From Clostridia bacterium (GTDB lineage Bacteria > Bacillota > Clostridia > Christensenellales > CAG-138): a stretch of DNA of 64,000 nucleotides. The notes below the pieces were generated by a model. That model had not been told where the DNA came from. It worked only from the letters and a program-made list of their open reading frames with translations, and searched no databases. Positions within the stretch are counted from its first letter, which is position 1. Each line of letters starts with the position of its first letter. Location: positions 5,526 through 69,525 of the forward strand of contig JAUNCT010000010.1 in the NCBI GenBank assembly GCA_030526425.1. The letters run 5' to 3'. Positions 36,351 to 46,045 of this stretch are shown one piece after another. Made by a program: the position numbers and the translations under genes.

Positions 36351-39300
36351 ATGGCCCGCAGTGCAAAGAAGACAACGCGGAACGGAAAAACGCGTCAAAA
36401 TAAAGAGATCCTGCAGGAGCTGCAACGGAAAAAGCGCGAGTCGAAAGGCGTTATCTGCATCGCTTTCGGCGTGCTGCTGCTCGTGTATCTTTTTATCGAT
36501 GCCACGGGCGCTCTCGGCGATCTTTTGAGCCACCTGCTGTTCGGCTTGTTCGGCTGGGCCGCGTATGTCATCCCGGTGATGATGATCGTCGCCGGCGGCA
36601 TGATCATCCACGGCAGCCATATCAATGACTTCGGCAACGCCGACTGGATGTTCATCGTAGCGGCGCTCGCGGTCATCACGCTGTTCAACGTCGGGCTCAG
36701 CCGTCCTTACAAAGCCGTGGCTTTCACGAGCTATGTCGCAGACGCCTTCGAATACGGCAGTAAATACCGCCTCGGCGGCGGCTCGGTCGGCAGCATCCTC
36801 GCTTATCCGCTCCGTCAGGTGTTCAACAACGTCGGCGCGTATATCGTACTTATTGCGCTTCTCGTGGTGACGCTGCTGCAGGTCACCCGCATCTCCATCA
36901 AAAAGGTCTCGACCAAAATCGGCAAAGGCGTGTCGAAGGGCGTATCCCATGTGTATCACAGCGCGCAGGAAAACGTCTCCCGCGCGATCGAGAGCCGCGC
37001 CGCGGAACCGCGCCCGGAGCGCAAGCCGCGGAAATTCGCGTTCTTCGAGCTTGTCGACCGCGAAGAGCCCGCAGAGGAATTCGACAATCCCTTCCTGCCG
37101 GAGCGCAAGCAAAGCGCCGCCGCGGAGATGGAGGGCTTCGATTCTTATGCGCGCGACTTTGCCGTGAAGGAAGAGCCCGTTGACGTCCCGCAGCTGTTCG
37201 GGGATACCGACCCCGTCGTGCAAGCCCCCGCTGCGCCGGATCCGGAGCCCGCGCCCGAAAAGAACGTGCACGCGTATTCGCCGTTCAATCCGGATATGGG
37301 CATGGTCGCCTCGCTCCGCAAGTCCGATGAAGAGCACAACGTCAAGCATCTTTCCGCCTCGGTCGAACGACCGAGTTCCGTTGCCGCGCGCAGTGCCCGG
37401 GCGGAGCGGACCTTCGTCCCGCTCGATGAAGCGGAGTTCGGCGCCGTGCCGCTGAAAAAGAGCCGCTACAACATCGTGCCCCCGCCCATCGAGGAGGAAG
37501 ACCCGGATGAGATCTGGGCGGACCTCGATGAAGAGGCGCTGATCACCCCCGAACAAGACCCCGTGCCCGAACCGGCGGAGCCGAAAGAATCCGTGAACGT
37601 GAGCTATGAGGTACCTGCGTTCCTGCCGCGCGTTCCGGGCAACCCCGTCTATGCGCCCGCACCCGTCAGCCTCCGCCGCCCCGGCAGCCCGAAGGAACGC
37701 GAACAGAACGATCCCTTCGCAGAGAAGCAGCCGGTCGAGCCGGCACCCGCACCGGTGAGCTTCCGTCCGCAGACTGCGCAAACGAAGCCGCTGCATACCG
37801 CAAGACCCGGCGCGCCCGCATTCACTTCGACGATGAGCGCCGCAAGCGCGAAGCCGGGGCGTCCGCAGGCACCCGTATCGCAGGATGCCGCAAGGGTCGC
37901 CGCGGCACCGGTCCCGAAGGAACCGCAACGCAGTGCGGCGGTGCCCGCACAGGCGAATCCGTTCCAACCCGATCCGCATGCATATATGCCGCCGCCGTTC
38001 GACCTGCTCGATGAAGCGAAGAACAGCGCCGTCGGCATGGACGACCCCGAAGCCGCGGCGAACACCTTGGTGACCACGCTGCAGAACTTCGGCATCTCCG
38101 TCAAGATCCTCGGCTACAGCGTCGGTCCGGTCATCACCCGGTTCGAGCTGCAGCCCGCCCCCGGTGTGCGCGTCAGCCGCATCACGGGTCTTTCGAACGA
38201 TATCGCGCTCGCGCTTGCGGCGGAACGCGTCCGCATCGAGGCGCCGATCCCCGGTAAGTCCGCGGTCGGCATCGAGGTGCCGAACAAGCACTCCGTCGGC
38301 GTCGTCCTCCGCGAGATCGTCGAATCGAACGATTTCACCCGCGCCACCAGCCCCATCACCCTTGCGTTCGGCAAGGACATCGCGGGCAAGGTCGTCACGG
38401 CGAACCTCGAAAAAATGCCCCACCTGCTCATCGCGGGTGCCACGGGCAGCGGTAAATCCGTCTGCATCAACGACCTGTTGCTGTCGATGGTCTTCAAATC
38501 CTCGCCGGACGATGTGCGCATGATCCTCATCGACCCGAAGGTCGTCGAACTCAAGGTCTACAGCGAGCTGCCGCACTTGCTCATTCCCGTCGTCACCGAC
38601 CCGAAGAAGGCGGCGGGCGCCCTGCGCTGGGCGGTCAACGAAATGATGAACCGCTACAAGATGTTCTCCGAACGGGGCGTGCGCAATATCCAGGGCTACA
38701 ACGAAACGATCGCGGCGGATAAGAAGTATCCGCGCCTCGTGGTCATCATCGACGAGTTGGCGGACCTCATGATGGTCGCACCGGACGATGTCGAAGACAG
38801 CATCTGCCGCATCGCCCAGCTCGGTCGTGCGGCGGGTATCCACCTGATCGTCGCGACGCAGCGCCCCAGTGCGGATATCATCACGGGTCTCATCAAGGCG
38901 AACATCCCGTCCCGCTGCGCGTTTGCCGTTTCGAGCGGCATCGACAGCCGCATCATCCTCGACGAGATGGGCGCCGAAAAGTTGCTCGGCAAGGGCGATA
39001 TGCTCTTCCATCCGAACGGTTCCGGCAAGCCCATGCGCTGCCAGTGCGCCTTCGTTTCCGATGATGAGGTCGAACGCATCATGAACTGGTTCAAGGGACG
39101 CTCCGACGGTGCACCGACCTACGATGAGAAGTTCGTCGAAGAGGTCATGAACCCCGCGTCCGGAGGTGCGACCGGCGGCGCGTTCGGCGACGGAAAGCAA
39201 GAGGACGAGCTGTTCCTCGATGCGCTCGGCGTCGTGGTCGAAAACGGCGTCGCGAGTATCTCCATGATCCAACGGCGTCTCCGCGTCGGTTACGCGCGCG

Positions 39301-39470
39301 CGGCGCGTCTCATCGATATGATGGAGCAGAAGGGCTATGTCTCCGGCTTCGAAGGCTCGAAACCGCGCCGCCTGCTCATCACCAAGGGCGCCTACGCGCG
39401 TCTGGTTTCGGGCGGAGACCCGGACGCCGGTGAGGATGATGAGGTCCCGTTCGATACGGATGAAGAATGA
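36351..39470 (+). CDS. ftsK: DNA translocase FtsK/SpoIIIE
   Basis: ATG 36351 (GGGAGGA SD). N-terminal TM helices, a long Pro/Ala-rich linker, a motor domain with Walker A GATGSGKS, and a C-terminal gamma/winged-helix domain (ISMIQRRLRVGYARAARLID). Confidence 0.93.
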   Translation: MARSAKKTTRNGKTRQNKEILQELQRKKRESKGVICIAFGVLLLVYLFIDATGALGDLLSHLLFGLFGWAAYVIPVMMIVAGGMIIHGSHINDFGNADWMFIVAALAVITLFNVGLSRPYKAVAFTSYVADAFEYGSKYRLGGGSVGSILAYPLRQVFNNVGAYIVLIALLVVTLLQVTRISIKKVSTKIGKGVSKGVSHVYHSAQENVSRAIESRAAEPRPERKPRKFAFFELVDREEPAEEFDNPFLPERKQSAAAEMEGFDSYARDFAVKEEPVDVPQLFGDTDPVVQAPAAPDPEPAPEKNVHAYSPFNPDMGMVASLRKSDEEHNVKHLSASVERPSSVAARSARAERTFVPLDEAEFGAVPLKKSRYNIVPPPIEEEDPDEIWADLDEEALITPEQDPVPEPAEPKESVNVSYEVPAFLPRVPGNPVYAPAPVSLRRPGSPKEREQNDPFAEKQPVEPAPAPVSFRPQTAQTKPLHTARPGAPAFTSTMSAASAKPGRPQAPVSQDAARVAAAPVPKEPQRSAAVPAQANPFQPDPHAYMPPPFDLLDEAKNSAVGMDDPEAAANTLVTTLQNFGISVKILGYSVGPVITRFELQPAPGVRVSRITGLSNDIALALAAERVRIEAPIPGKSAVGIEVPNKHSVGVVLREIVESNDFTRATSPITLAFGKDIAGKVVTANLEKMPHLLIAGATGSGKSVCINDLLLSMVFKSSPDDVRMILIDPKVVELKVYSELPHLLIPVVTDPKKAAGALRWAVNEMMNRYKMFSERGVRNIQGYNETIAADKKYPRLVVIIDELADLMMVAPDDVEDSICRIAQLGRAAGIHLIVATQRPSADIITGLIKANIPSRCAFAVSSGIDSRIILDEMGAEKLLGKGDMLFHPNGSGKPMRCQCAFVSDDEVERIMNWFKGRSDGAPTYDEKFVEEVMNPASGGATGGAFGDGKQEDELFLDALGVVVENGVASISMIQRRLRVGYARAARLIDMMEQKGYVSGFEGSKPRRLLITKGAYARLVSGGDPDAGEDDEVPFDTDEE

Positions 39471-39545
39471 AAAAGCCCGCCCGGTGCGGACACATTCTCA
39501 AAACACATGGAATACAGTGAATTCTTCCGAAAGGAGCAATAGGAA

Positions 39546-40835
39546 ATGAGTACAGTTGGCGTGATCAGTCTCGGCTGCGCGAAGAACCGCGTGGATACCG
39601 AGCGGATGCTGGCGTATCTTGCGGATGCGGGGCACATCATCGTGTCCGATCCGTCCGAAGCGGAGGTGTTGATCGTCAACACCTGCGGTTTCATCGAATC
39701 CGCCAAGCAGGAAAGCATCGACACCATCCTCGAGATGGCACAATACAAAAAGCACGGCGTCTGCGAAAAGCTCGTCATGACGGGTTGCCTTTCGCAGCGT
39801 TACCGTACGGAACTCAAGGAAGCCCTCCCCGAGGTCGATCTGATGCTCGGCACCGGAGAGTACGCTCTGCTGCCGGATCTGCTCAAAGGCGCGGAAAAAC
39901 CCGGCTGCGCGCCCGATGCGGGTCGTGTCCTCACGACGCCTTCGTACAGCGCGTTCCTGCGCATCGGCGACGGTTGCAATAACCGCTGCACCTATTGCGC
40001 GATCCCGCTCATCCGCGGTCCGCTGACGAGCGACCCCATCGAGAAGCTCGTGTCCGAGGCGCGCGCCCTTGCGGCAAACGGCGTCACCGAGCTTACGGTC
40101 ATCGCGCAGGATACCTCCGGCTACGGTCGCGATCTGTATGGGAAGCCGCAACTCATCGAGCTGCTGGGCGAGCTCGAGAAGATCGATCCGCTCAAATGGA
40201 TCCGCGTGCTCTACACCTACCCGGATACCGTGACGGAAGAGCTTATCGACGCCTTCCGCGGCAACGAGAAGATCGTCAACTATCTCGACATGCCCCTGCA
40301 GCACATCAACGACGATATCCTCCGCCGCATGAACCGCCGCGGTTCGAAGCGCCACATCGAAAAGGTGCTCGATTACCTCCGCAACACGGGGGATGATTTC
40401 ACGCTCCGCACCACGATGATGCTCGGTTTCCCCGGCGAGACCGACGAACAGTTCGAAGAGCTGCTGCAGTTCCTCAGAGAGCATCCGTTCGACCGTGTCG
40501 GCGCGTTCACCTTCAGCCCCGAAGAGGGGACGAAGGCGGCGGAAATGCCGGATCAGGTGCCGGAAGAGGTCAAGCAGGAGCGTCTCGAACGCCTCATGCT
40601 CCAGCAACAGGAAATCTCGAAGCAGCGCAACGAGGCCCGCATCGGTACCGTGACCGAGGTGCTGATCGAAGGCACCGATGAGGACGGGCTTTTCGGGCGT
40701 ACCCGTGCGGAAGCCCCCGATGATGTCGACGGTCTGGTGCGCATGCCCTATGCCAAGGCGAAAGCGGGCGAGTACCGCAAAGTCCGCCTGACCGGGGCGA
40801 CCGAATACGATATGATGGGAGAGTTGGTCGAATGA
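39546..40835 (+). CDS. rimO: ribosomal protein S12 methylthiotransferase
   Basis: 429 aa. N-terminal SLGCAKNRVDTE, radical-SAM CNNRCTYCAIP, C-terminal TRAM domain. Confidence 0.86.
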   Translation: MSTVGVISLGCAKNRVDTERMLAYLADAGHIIVSDPSEAEVLIVNTCGFIESAKQESIDTILEMAQYKKHGVCEKLVMTGCLSQRYRTELKEALPEVDLMLGTGEYALLPDLLKGAEKPGCAPDAGRVLTTPSYSAFLRIGDGCNNRCTYCAIPLIRGPLTSDPIEKLVSEARALAANGVTELTVIAQDTSGYGRDLYGKPQLIELLGELEKIDPLKWIRVLYTYPDTVTEELIDAFRGNEKIVNYLDMPLQHINDDILRRMNRRGSKRHIEKVLDYLRNTGDDFTLRTTMMLGFPGETDEQFEELLQFLREHPFDRVGAFTFSPEEGTKAAEMPDQVPEEVKQERLERLMLQQQEISKQRNEARIGTVTEVLIEGTDEDGLFGRTRAEAPDDVDGLVRMPYAKAKAGEYRKVRLTGATEYDMMGELVE

Positions 40836-41374
40836 ACCTCGCGAACAAAGCAACGATCTTGCGGATGATCCTCGTTCCGGTGTTCGTCGCGTGCTTTTTT
40901 TTCGAAAAGAGCTCGCCGCAGATCATCACGGCGGTCGTTTTCATCATCGCCGCCCTGACGGATACCTTCGACGGGTGGTACGCCCGCAAATACCACTTGG
41001 TGTCCGATTTCGGCAAGCTTATGGACCCGATGGCGGATAAGCTGCTCAACTGCACTGCGGTCATCCTGCTGCAGGCGGCGGGAAAGATCCATCCGATCCT
41101 CACGGTGATCATCATCGCCCGCGAGATCATCATCAGCGCGTTCCGCCTTTCCGCGGTGGAGAAGGGCATCGTCATCGCAGCGGGCATGGCGGGTAAGATC
41201 AAGACCGTCGTGCAGATGCTGGCGATCGGTTCGCTGCTGCTGGACAACCCCATCTTCGGGCGCTTCGGCGTGCCGATGGATCAGATCCTCATCTGGGCGT
41301 CGGGCGTGCTCAGCATCATCTCCCTGGTCGGTTACATCCGCAATAACCTGCAGGTATTCGGGGAAACCAAATGA
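40832..41374 (+). CDS. pgsA: CDP-diacylglycerol--glycerol-3-phosphate 3-phosphatidyltransferase
   Basis: 180 aa. CDP-alcohol phosphatidyltransferase motif DTFDGWYARK...GKLMDPMADK. ATGA overlap with rimO. Confidence 0.92.
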   Translation: MNLANKATILRMILVPVFVACFFFEKSSPQIITAVVFIIAALTDTFDGWYARKYHLVSDFGKLMDPMADKLLNCTAVILLQAAGKIHPILTVIIIAREIIISAFRLSAVEKGIVIAAGMAGKIKTVVQMLAIGSLLLDNPIFGRFGVPMDQILIWASGVLSIISLVGYIRNNLQVFGETK

Positions 41375-41874
41375 GCGCGAAACACTTGCAAATCGATGCG
41401 CGGACCTGCGCCGGGCTTTTGACCGGATCGGGGAAAACCATCGCCTGTGCGGAAAGCTGTACGGGCGGTCTGCTCACAAGCGCTTTCGTGGATATCCCCG
41501 GCAGCTCCGCATTCCTCATCGAGGGTGCGGTCACCTACGCGAACGACGCGAAGATGCGTCGCCTCGGCGTGAAGCGCGAAACGCTGGAAACGGTCGGTGC
41601 CGTCAGCGCGGAATGCGCGAAGCAGATGGCCGAGGGCATCCGCCGTGAGGCGGGTACCGATCTCGGCGTCTCGACGACCGGCATCGCGGGTCCGGACGGA
41701 GGCACGGCGGAAAAGCCCGTGGGGCTGGTCTACCTCGGGATCGCGGACGAAAACGGTACGGAAACATTGGAACTGCATCTTTCGGGAGACCGCCGGGCGA
41801 TCCGCGAACAGGCGGTTTGCAAGGCGATCGAAGCGGTCGGCACAAAGCTGTTGAACGCCCGAACGGCGGAATGA
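41371..41874 (+). CDS. cinA: CinA C-terminal-domain protein (nicotinamide-nucleotide amidase PncC type)
   Basis: 167 aa. IACAESCTGGLL and STTGIAGPDGG motifs. Only the PncC-like domain is present; there is no N-terminal MoCF-like domain. Confidence 0.86.
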   Translation: MSAKHLQIDARTCAGLLTGSGKTIACAESCTGGLLTSAFVDIPGSSAFLIEGAVTYANDAKMRRLGVKRETLETVGAVSAECAKQMAEGIRREAGTDLGVSTTGIAGPDGGTAEKPVGLVYLGIADENGTETLELHLSGDRRAIREQAVCKAIEAVGTKLLNARTAE

Positions 41875-41997
41875 TATACTGAAACCGAACTCCGGGTCCT
41901 CCCGGAACAACAAAGAAACACGACCCGGGCGCAACGGGCGCACGGTCAAACGAACCCCTCGGGGAACTCAAAATTCAAGAAAACGGAGAAGCGAATC

Positions 41998-43047
<1,050 letters not shown>

Positions 43048-43057
43048 CACAAACAAC

Positions 43058-43094
43058 AAAACGCGGCACGGATTCGCTCCGTGCCGCGTTTTTG
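43058..43094 (+). terminator. rho-independent terminator after recA
   Basis: AACGCGGCACGGA-TTCGC-TCCGTGCCGCGTTTTT. Confidence 0.78.
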
Positions 43095-43231
43095 CGTCTG
43101 CACGGGAAAATCCGTGCAACCGGTGTACAAGGCGGGGAAAAGGGGAAAACAAGGGCATTCCGCTTGCCGGAACGCATGAGATGCGTTTGTATGGAACACC
43201 TGCGAAATCCGGTCGTCTGTTTGAAAACAAA

Positions 43232-43260
43232 GAAAAAACCCGATACCTTTCGGCTCGGGC
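43232..43260 (-). terminator. terminator after tRNA-Thr
   Basis: Minus strand reads GCCCGA-GCCGAAAGGTA-TCGGGTTTTTT, immediately 3' of the tRNA. Confidence 0.55.
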
Positions 43261-43266
43261 TTTTCA

Positions 43267-43342
43267 TGGAGCTGATGAGCAGATTCGAACTGCTGACCTC
43301 GTCATTACCAATGACGTGCTCTACCAACTGAGCTACATCAGC
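43267..43342 (-). tRNA. tRNA-Thr (anticodon GGT)
   Basis: Reverse complement GCTGATGTAGCTCAGTTGGTAGAGCACGTCATTGGTAATGACGAGGTCAGCAGTTCGAATCTGCTCATCAGCTCCA folds as a cloverleaf, with anticodon loop TTGGTAA and encoded CCA. Confidence 0.93.
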
Positions 43343-43365
43343 GCGTTGCACTCGCAACAGATATT

Positions 43366-43394
43366 ATTATAGGACCTGTTCCCGAATAATGCAA
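43366..43394 (-). promoter_or_regulatory. tRNA-Thr promoter
   Basis: Minus strand has TTGCAT, 17-nt spacer, TATAAT, with the -10 ending about 23 nt upstream of the tRNA 5' end. Confidence 0.6.
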
Positions 43395-43506
43395 GTGTTT
43401 TTTTCAAATTTCTCAAAAATATTTTTCGGGGAGTGTCGCACCCAAGGAAACCCCGGTTCCGTGTGCCGCGAAAAGCGTTCCGCACGGGGGAAAGGCGGGA
43501 AAGGAA

Positions 43507-43537
43507 CCGCGGGAGAAGCGCAGCGCTTCTCCCGCGG
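43507..43537 (-). terminator. hairpin after hom
   Basis: CCGCGGGAGAAGCG...CGCTTCTCCCGCGG, a 14-bp stem 18 nt after the hom stop. The U-run is poor. Confidence 0.5.
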
Positions 43538-43554
43538 GTGATACGGTTTACGGC

Positions 43555-44847
43555 TCAGTTTTCCGCGCGGATCACGCTTTCGATCGCAAACACACACGGC
43601 AGGGCACGCAGGTCTTCCAATGCGGCCTGCACGTCGAATTCATGCGCTTCGTGCGTCATGAAGGTGATGCTCTTCGAATTGTTGTCTGCGGCGTCGTCGC
43701 CCAGCTGGAGAACATCCTTCAGGGACACGTTGTGCTTTGCCAGCGTCTTCGCGACTTCCGCGAGCGTGCCGGGGCGGTCGAGCACGGAGATGCGCAGGCA
43801 GTAGATGCTCGAGAAGTTCTTGTTCAGCTCGATGTCGGGGGTCATCTCCGCTTCGTTCTTGAAGGTCATATAGCGGTGCTCACCGTCGTGGTGGCAGGCG
43901 TAAATGACATCGGAAACGACGGCGGAAGCGGTGGGCAGGCAACCCGCGCCGCGACCGTAGAGCATCACGTCGTCCACGGCGTGTCCGGTCAGGAAGATCG
44001 CGTTGAACACGCCGCGCACGCTGGCCAGCGGGTGGGTGTTGGGCACCATCGTCGGATGGACGCGCACCTCGATGCGGTTGCCTTCCTTTTTGCCGATGGC
44101 GAGCAGTTTGATCTCGTAGCCCAGCTGCTTTGCCGCTTTGAAATCGTCCTTCGTCAGCCCGGTGATGCCTTCGCGGTGGATGACGTCGATGGGCATATGG
44201 GCGTGGAACGCCATGCTCGAAAGGATGGAAAGCTTGTAGGTCGCGTCGAAGCCCTCGATATCCGCAGTCGGGTTCGCTTCCGCGTAACCGAGCAGCTGCG
44301 CTTCCTTCAGCACGTCGCCGAACTCACGTCCCTCTTCGCTCATCTTGGTGAGGATGTAGTTCGTCGTGCCGTTGATGATACCCATCACGCGGGTGATGTT
44401 GTTCGCCTGCATGCTGTCCGTGATCGTGCGGAGGATCGGGATGCCGCCGCCGACGGTCGCCTCGTAGTAGAGACCCGCGCCGGTCTTTTTCGCGGCCGCT
44501 TCGAACTCATACCAATGCTTCGAGATGACCTCTTTGTTCGAGGTGACGATCGTCTTGCCTGCTTCGAGGCATTTGAGAATGAAGCTGCGCGCCGGGTTCA
44601 CGCCGCCCATGCACTCGACGACGATGTCGACATCCGAAGCGACGATCTCGTCGATGGACGTGCAGAACAGCTCGCGCGGGGCGAGTCCGATGTTGGGTTC
44701 GCAGTCGAAGCCCTTGACGAGGATGCGCTTGACCTCGATGGCGATCTGCTCGCGGTGGGTGATGTCGGCGGCGTTCTCGGTCAGAACGCGGTATACGCCG
44801 GTACCGACGGTACCGAAACCGAGAATGGCGACGGAAAACTGTTTCAT
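43555..44847 (-). CDS. hom: homoserine dehydrogenase with C-terminal ACT domain
   Basis: ATG at 44847 (MKQFSVAILGFGTVGTGV) with GGAGGA SD, 430 aa. NAD-binding, catalytic and ACT (LRISVLDRPGTLAEV) regions. The 776-aa extended ORF is rejected. Confidence 0.92.
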   Translation of the reverse strand: MKQFSVAILGFGTVGTGVYRVLTENAADITHREQIAIEVKRILVKGFDCEPNIGLAPRELFCTSIDEIVASDVDIVVECMGGVNPARSFILKCLEAGKTIVTSNKEVISKHWYEFEAAAKKTGAGLYYEATVGGGIPILRTITDSMQANNITRVMGIINGTTNYILTKMSEEGREFGDVLKEAQLLGYAEANPTADIEGFDATYKLSILSSMAFHAHMPIDVIHREGITGLTKDDFKAAKQLGYEIKLLAIGKKEGNRIEVRVHPTMVPNTHPLASVRGVFNAIFLTGHAVDDVMLYGRGAGCLPTASAVVSDVIYACHHDGEHRYMTFKNEAEMTPDIELNKNFSSIYCLRISVLDRPGTLAEVAKTLAKHNVSLKDVLQLGDDAADNNSKSITFMTHEAHEFDVQAALEDLRALPCVFAIESVIRAEN

Positions 44848-45102
44848 GGTTGGATCCTCCTTTTGTGGATGTCGTCCGTTCACTGCGTATGGGGTGTCCT
44901 GCCGCAGCGCGGTGAAGTTCGCGGTAACGCGCAAACCGTCGGCATGCAAAGCGCACAAGGTCTGCACGATAATATATAGTGGTATTATATTCCGAAAGGC
45001 GCAAAAAAAGCAACGGATACCTTTGTATCGGTTTGACATGCCGTTCGGTTCGTTCCGTGGTATAATGGCTTCAAACCAAATGAACCGACGGAGGAAACGC
45101 AA

Positions 45103-45618
45103 ATGTCGTTTACGGAACTGGCGAAAAGCCGTTATTCTGTGCGGGCCTTCAGCCCCAAGCCCGTGGAACGGGAAAAACTGGAAAAGATCGTCGAGGCGGG
45201 TCGCATCGCGCCCACTGCCAAGAATCAGCAGCCGCAGAAGGTCTGGATCGCGCAAAGCCCCGAGGCGTTGGAAAAGCTCAACGCGGTGAGTCCTTGCATC
45301 TACGGCGCCACGACCGTGCTCGTCGTCGGCTACGACAAGGAACGGATGTGGGTCCATCCCGATCATGAGGAGATCCATTCCGGCTATGTCGATGCGTCGA
45401 TCGTGCTCACGCATATGATGCTCGAAGCGGCGGATCAGGGACTCGGCACCTGCTGGGTCGCCCGTTTCGATCCGTATGAAGCCGAGAAGGCGCTCGGTCT
45501 GCCCGAGAACATCCGCCTCGTCGCGCTCATGCCCGTCGGCTATCCCGCCGAAGGCGCTGCGCCGAGCCCGCGTCATGAAAGCTTCCGTCCGGACGCCGAA
45601 TGGCTCGGGGAGCTTTGA
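45103..45618 (+). CDS. nitroreductase-family protein
   Basis: 171 aa. RYSVRAFSPKPV and APTAKNQQP motifs. GGAGGAA SD. Confidence 0.88.
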   Translation: MSFTELAKSRYSVRAFSPKPVEREKLEKIVEAGRIAPTAKNQQPQKVWIAQSPEALEKLNAVSPCIYGATTVLVVGYDKERMWVHPDHEEIHSGYVDASIVLTHMMLEAADQGLGTCWVARFDPYEAEKALGLPENIRLVALMPVGYPAEGAAPSPRHESFRPDAEWLGEL

Positions 45619-45641
45619 GCGAAAACAAGTCACATTCCATG

Positions 45642-45673
45642 AAAAAGGACCGGTCGCAAAGCCGGTCCTTTTG
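45642..45673 (+). terminator. rho-independent terminator
   Basis: AAAAAGGACCGG-TCGCAAAG-CCGGTCCTTTT. Confidence 0.7.
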
Positions 45674-45906
45674 TCGTATCCCCGGGGAAGACGAGTGAAG
45701 GGGAAAGCGTCAGCCATCGTGGGAAGAAGGCGGCGCCGCGCGGGTGATTTCCGGGTTTGTTTGCGGGAATTATGACGGCGCACTTGCATATCGGTATACA
45801 GGGATACAAGAATACACGAAACAGGCAAAAATTGCCGATTTATAGGGGAAAATCGATGGTATCCGAATGTTTTTCTGCGCGGCAAAAATTTTTTCTCTTT
45901 TGCGGA

Positions 45907-45935
45907 TTGACAAGCAATCGGCGTGGTAGTACACT
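45907..45935 (+). promoter_or_regulatory. candidate aspA promoter
   Basis: TTGACA, 17-nt spacer, TACACT, leaving a leader of about 105 nt before ATG 46046. Confidence 0.45.
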
Positions 45936-46045
45936 ACATTTGCAGGAAAACTTGCAGAATGAAAATCACCCGAACGGTTGTTGCGGGCATCATCCCGCAG
46001 ACCGGGATCACACATCGCAAATGCAAATCAAAAGGAGATCCGGCA

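Noticed and set aside
36321-39272. 983-aa minus-strand ORF antisense to ftsK
   Set aside because: Shadow ORF. The plus strand encodes an unmistakable FtsK/SpoIIIE protein.
41881-41900. Possible LexA (Cheo) box upstream of recA: CGAACTCCGGGTCC
   Set aside because: Two mismatches in the right half-site relative to CGAAC-N4-GTTCG, and no second box. This is not convincing without comparative data.
44955-44995. AT-rich quasi-palindrome GATAATATATAGTGGTATTATAT, considered as a dif/Xer site
   Set aside because: It matches poorly to Firmicutes dif arms. It sits in a divergent promoter region where TATAAT-like hexamers for hom and the nitroreductase gene explain the AT-rich symmetry.
44848-45010. 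Possible riboswitch or T-box in the leader (about 130 nt) of hom
   Set aside because: I could not find conserved cores of SAM, lysine or T-box elements (no specifier/T-box sequence, no SAM-I junction motifs).
43555-45885. 776-aa ORF extending hom about 1 kb upstream across the nitroreductase gene
   Set aside because: The homoserine dehydrogenase sequence begins at MKQFSVAILGFG (ATG 44847) with a GGAGGA SD. The extension overlaps a well-supported plus-strand nitroreductase gene and has no recognisable domains.
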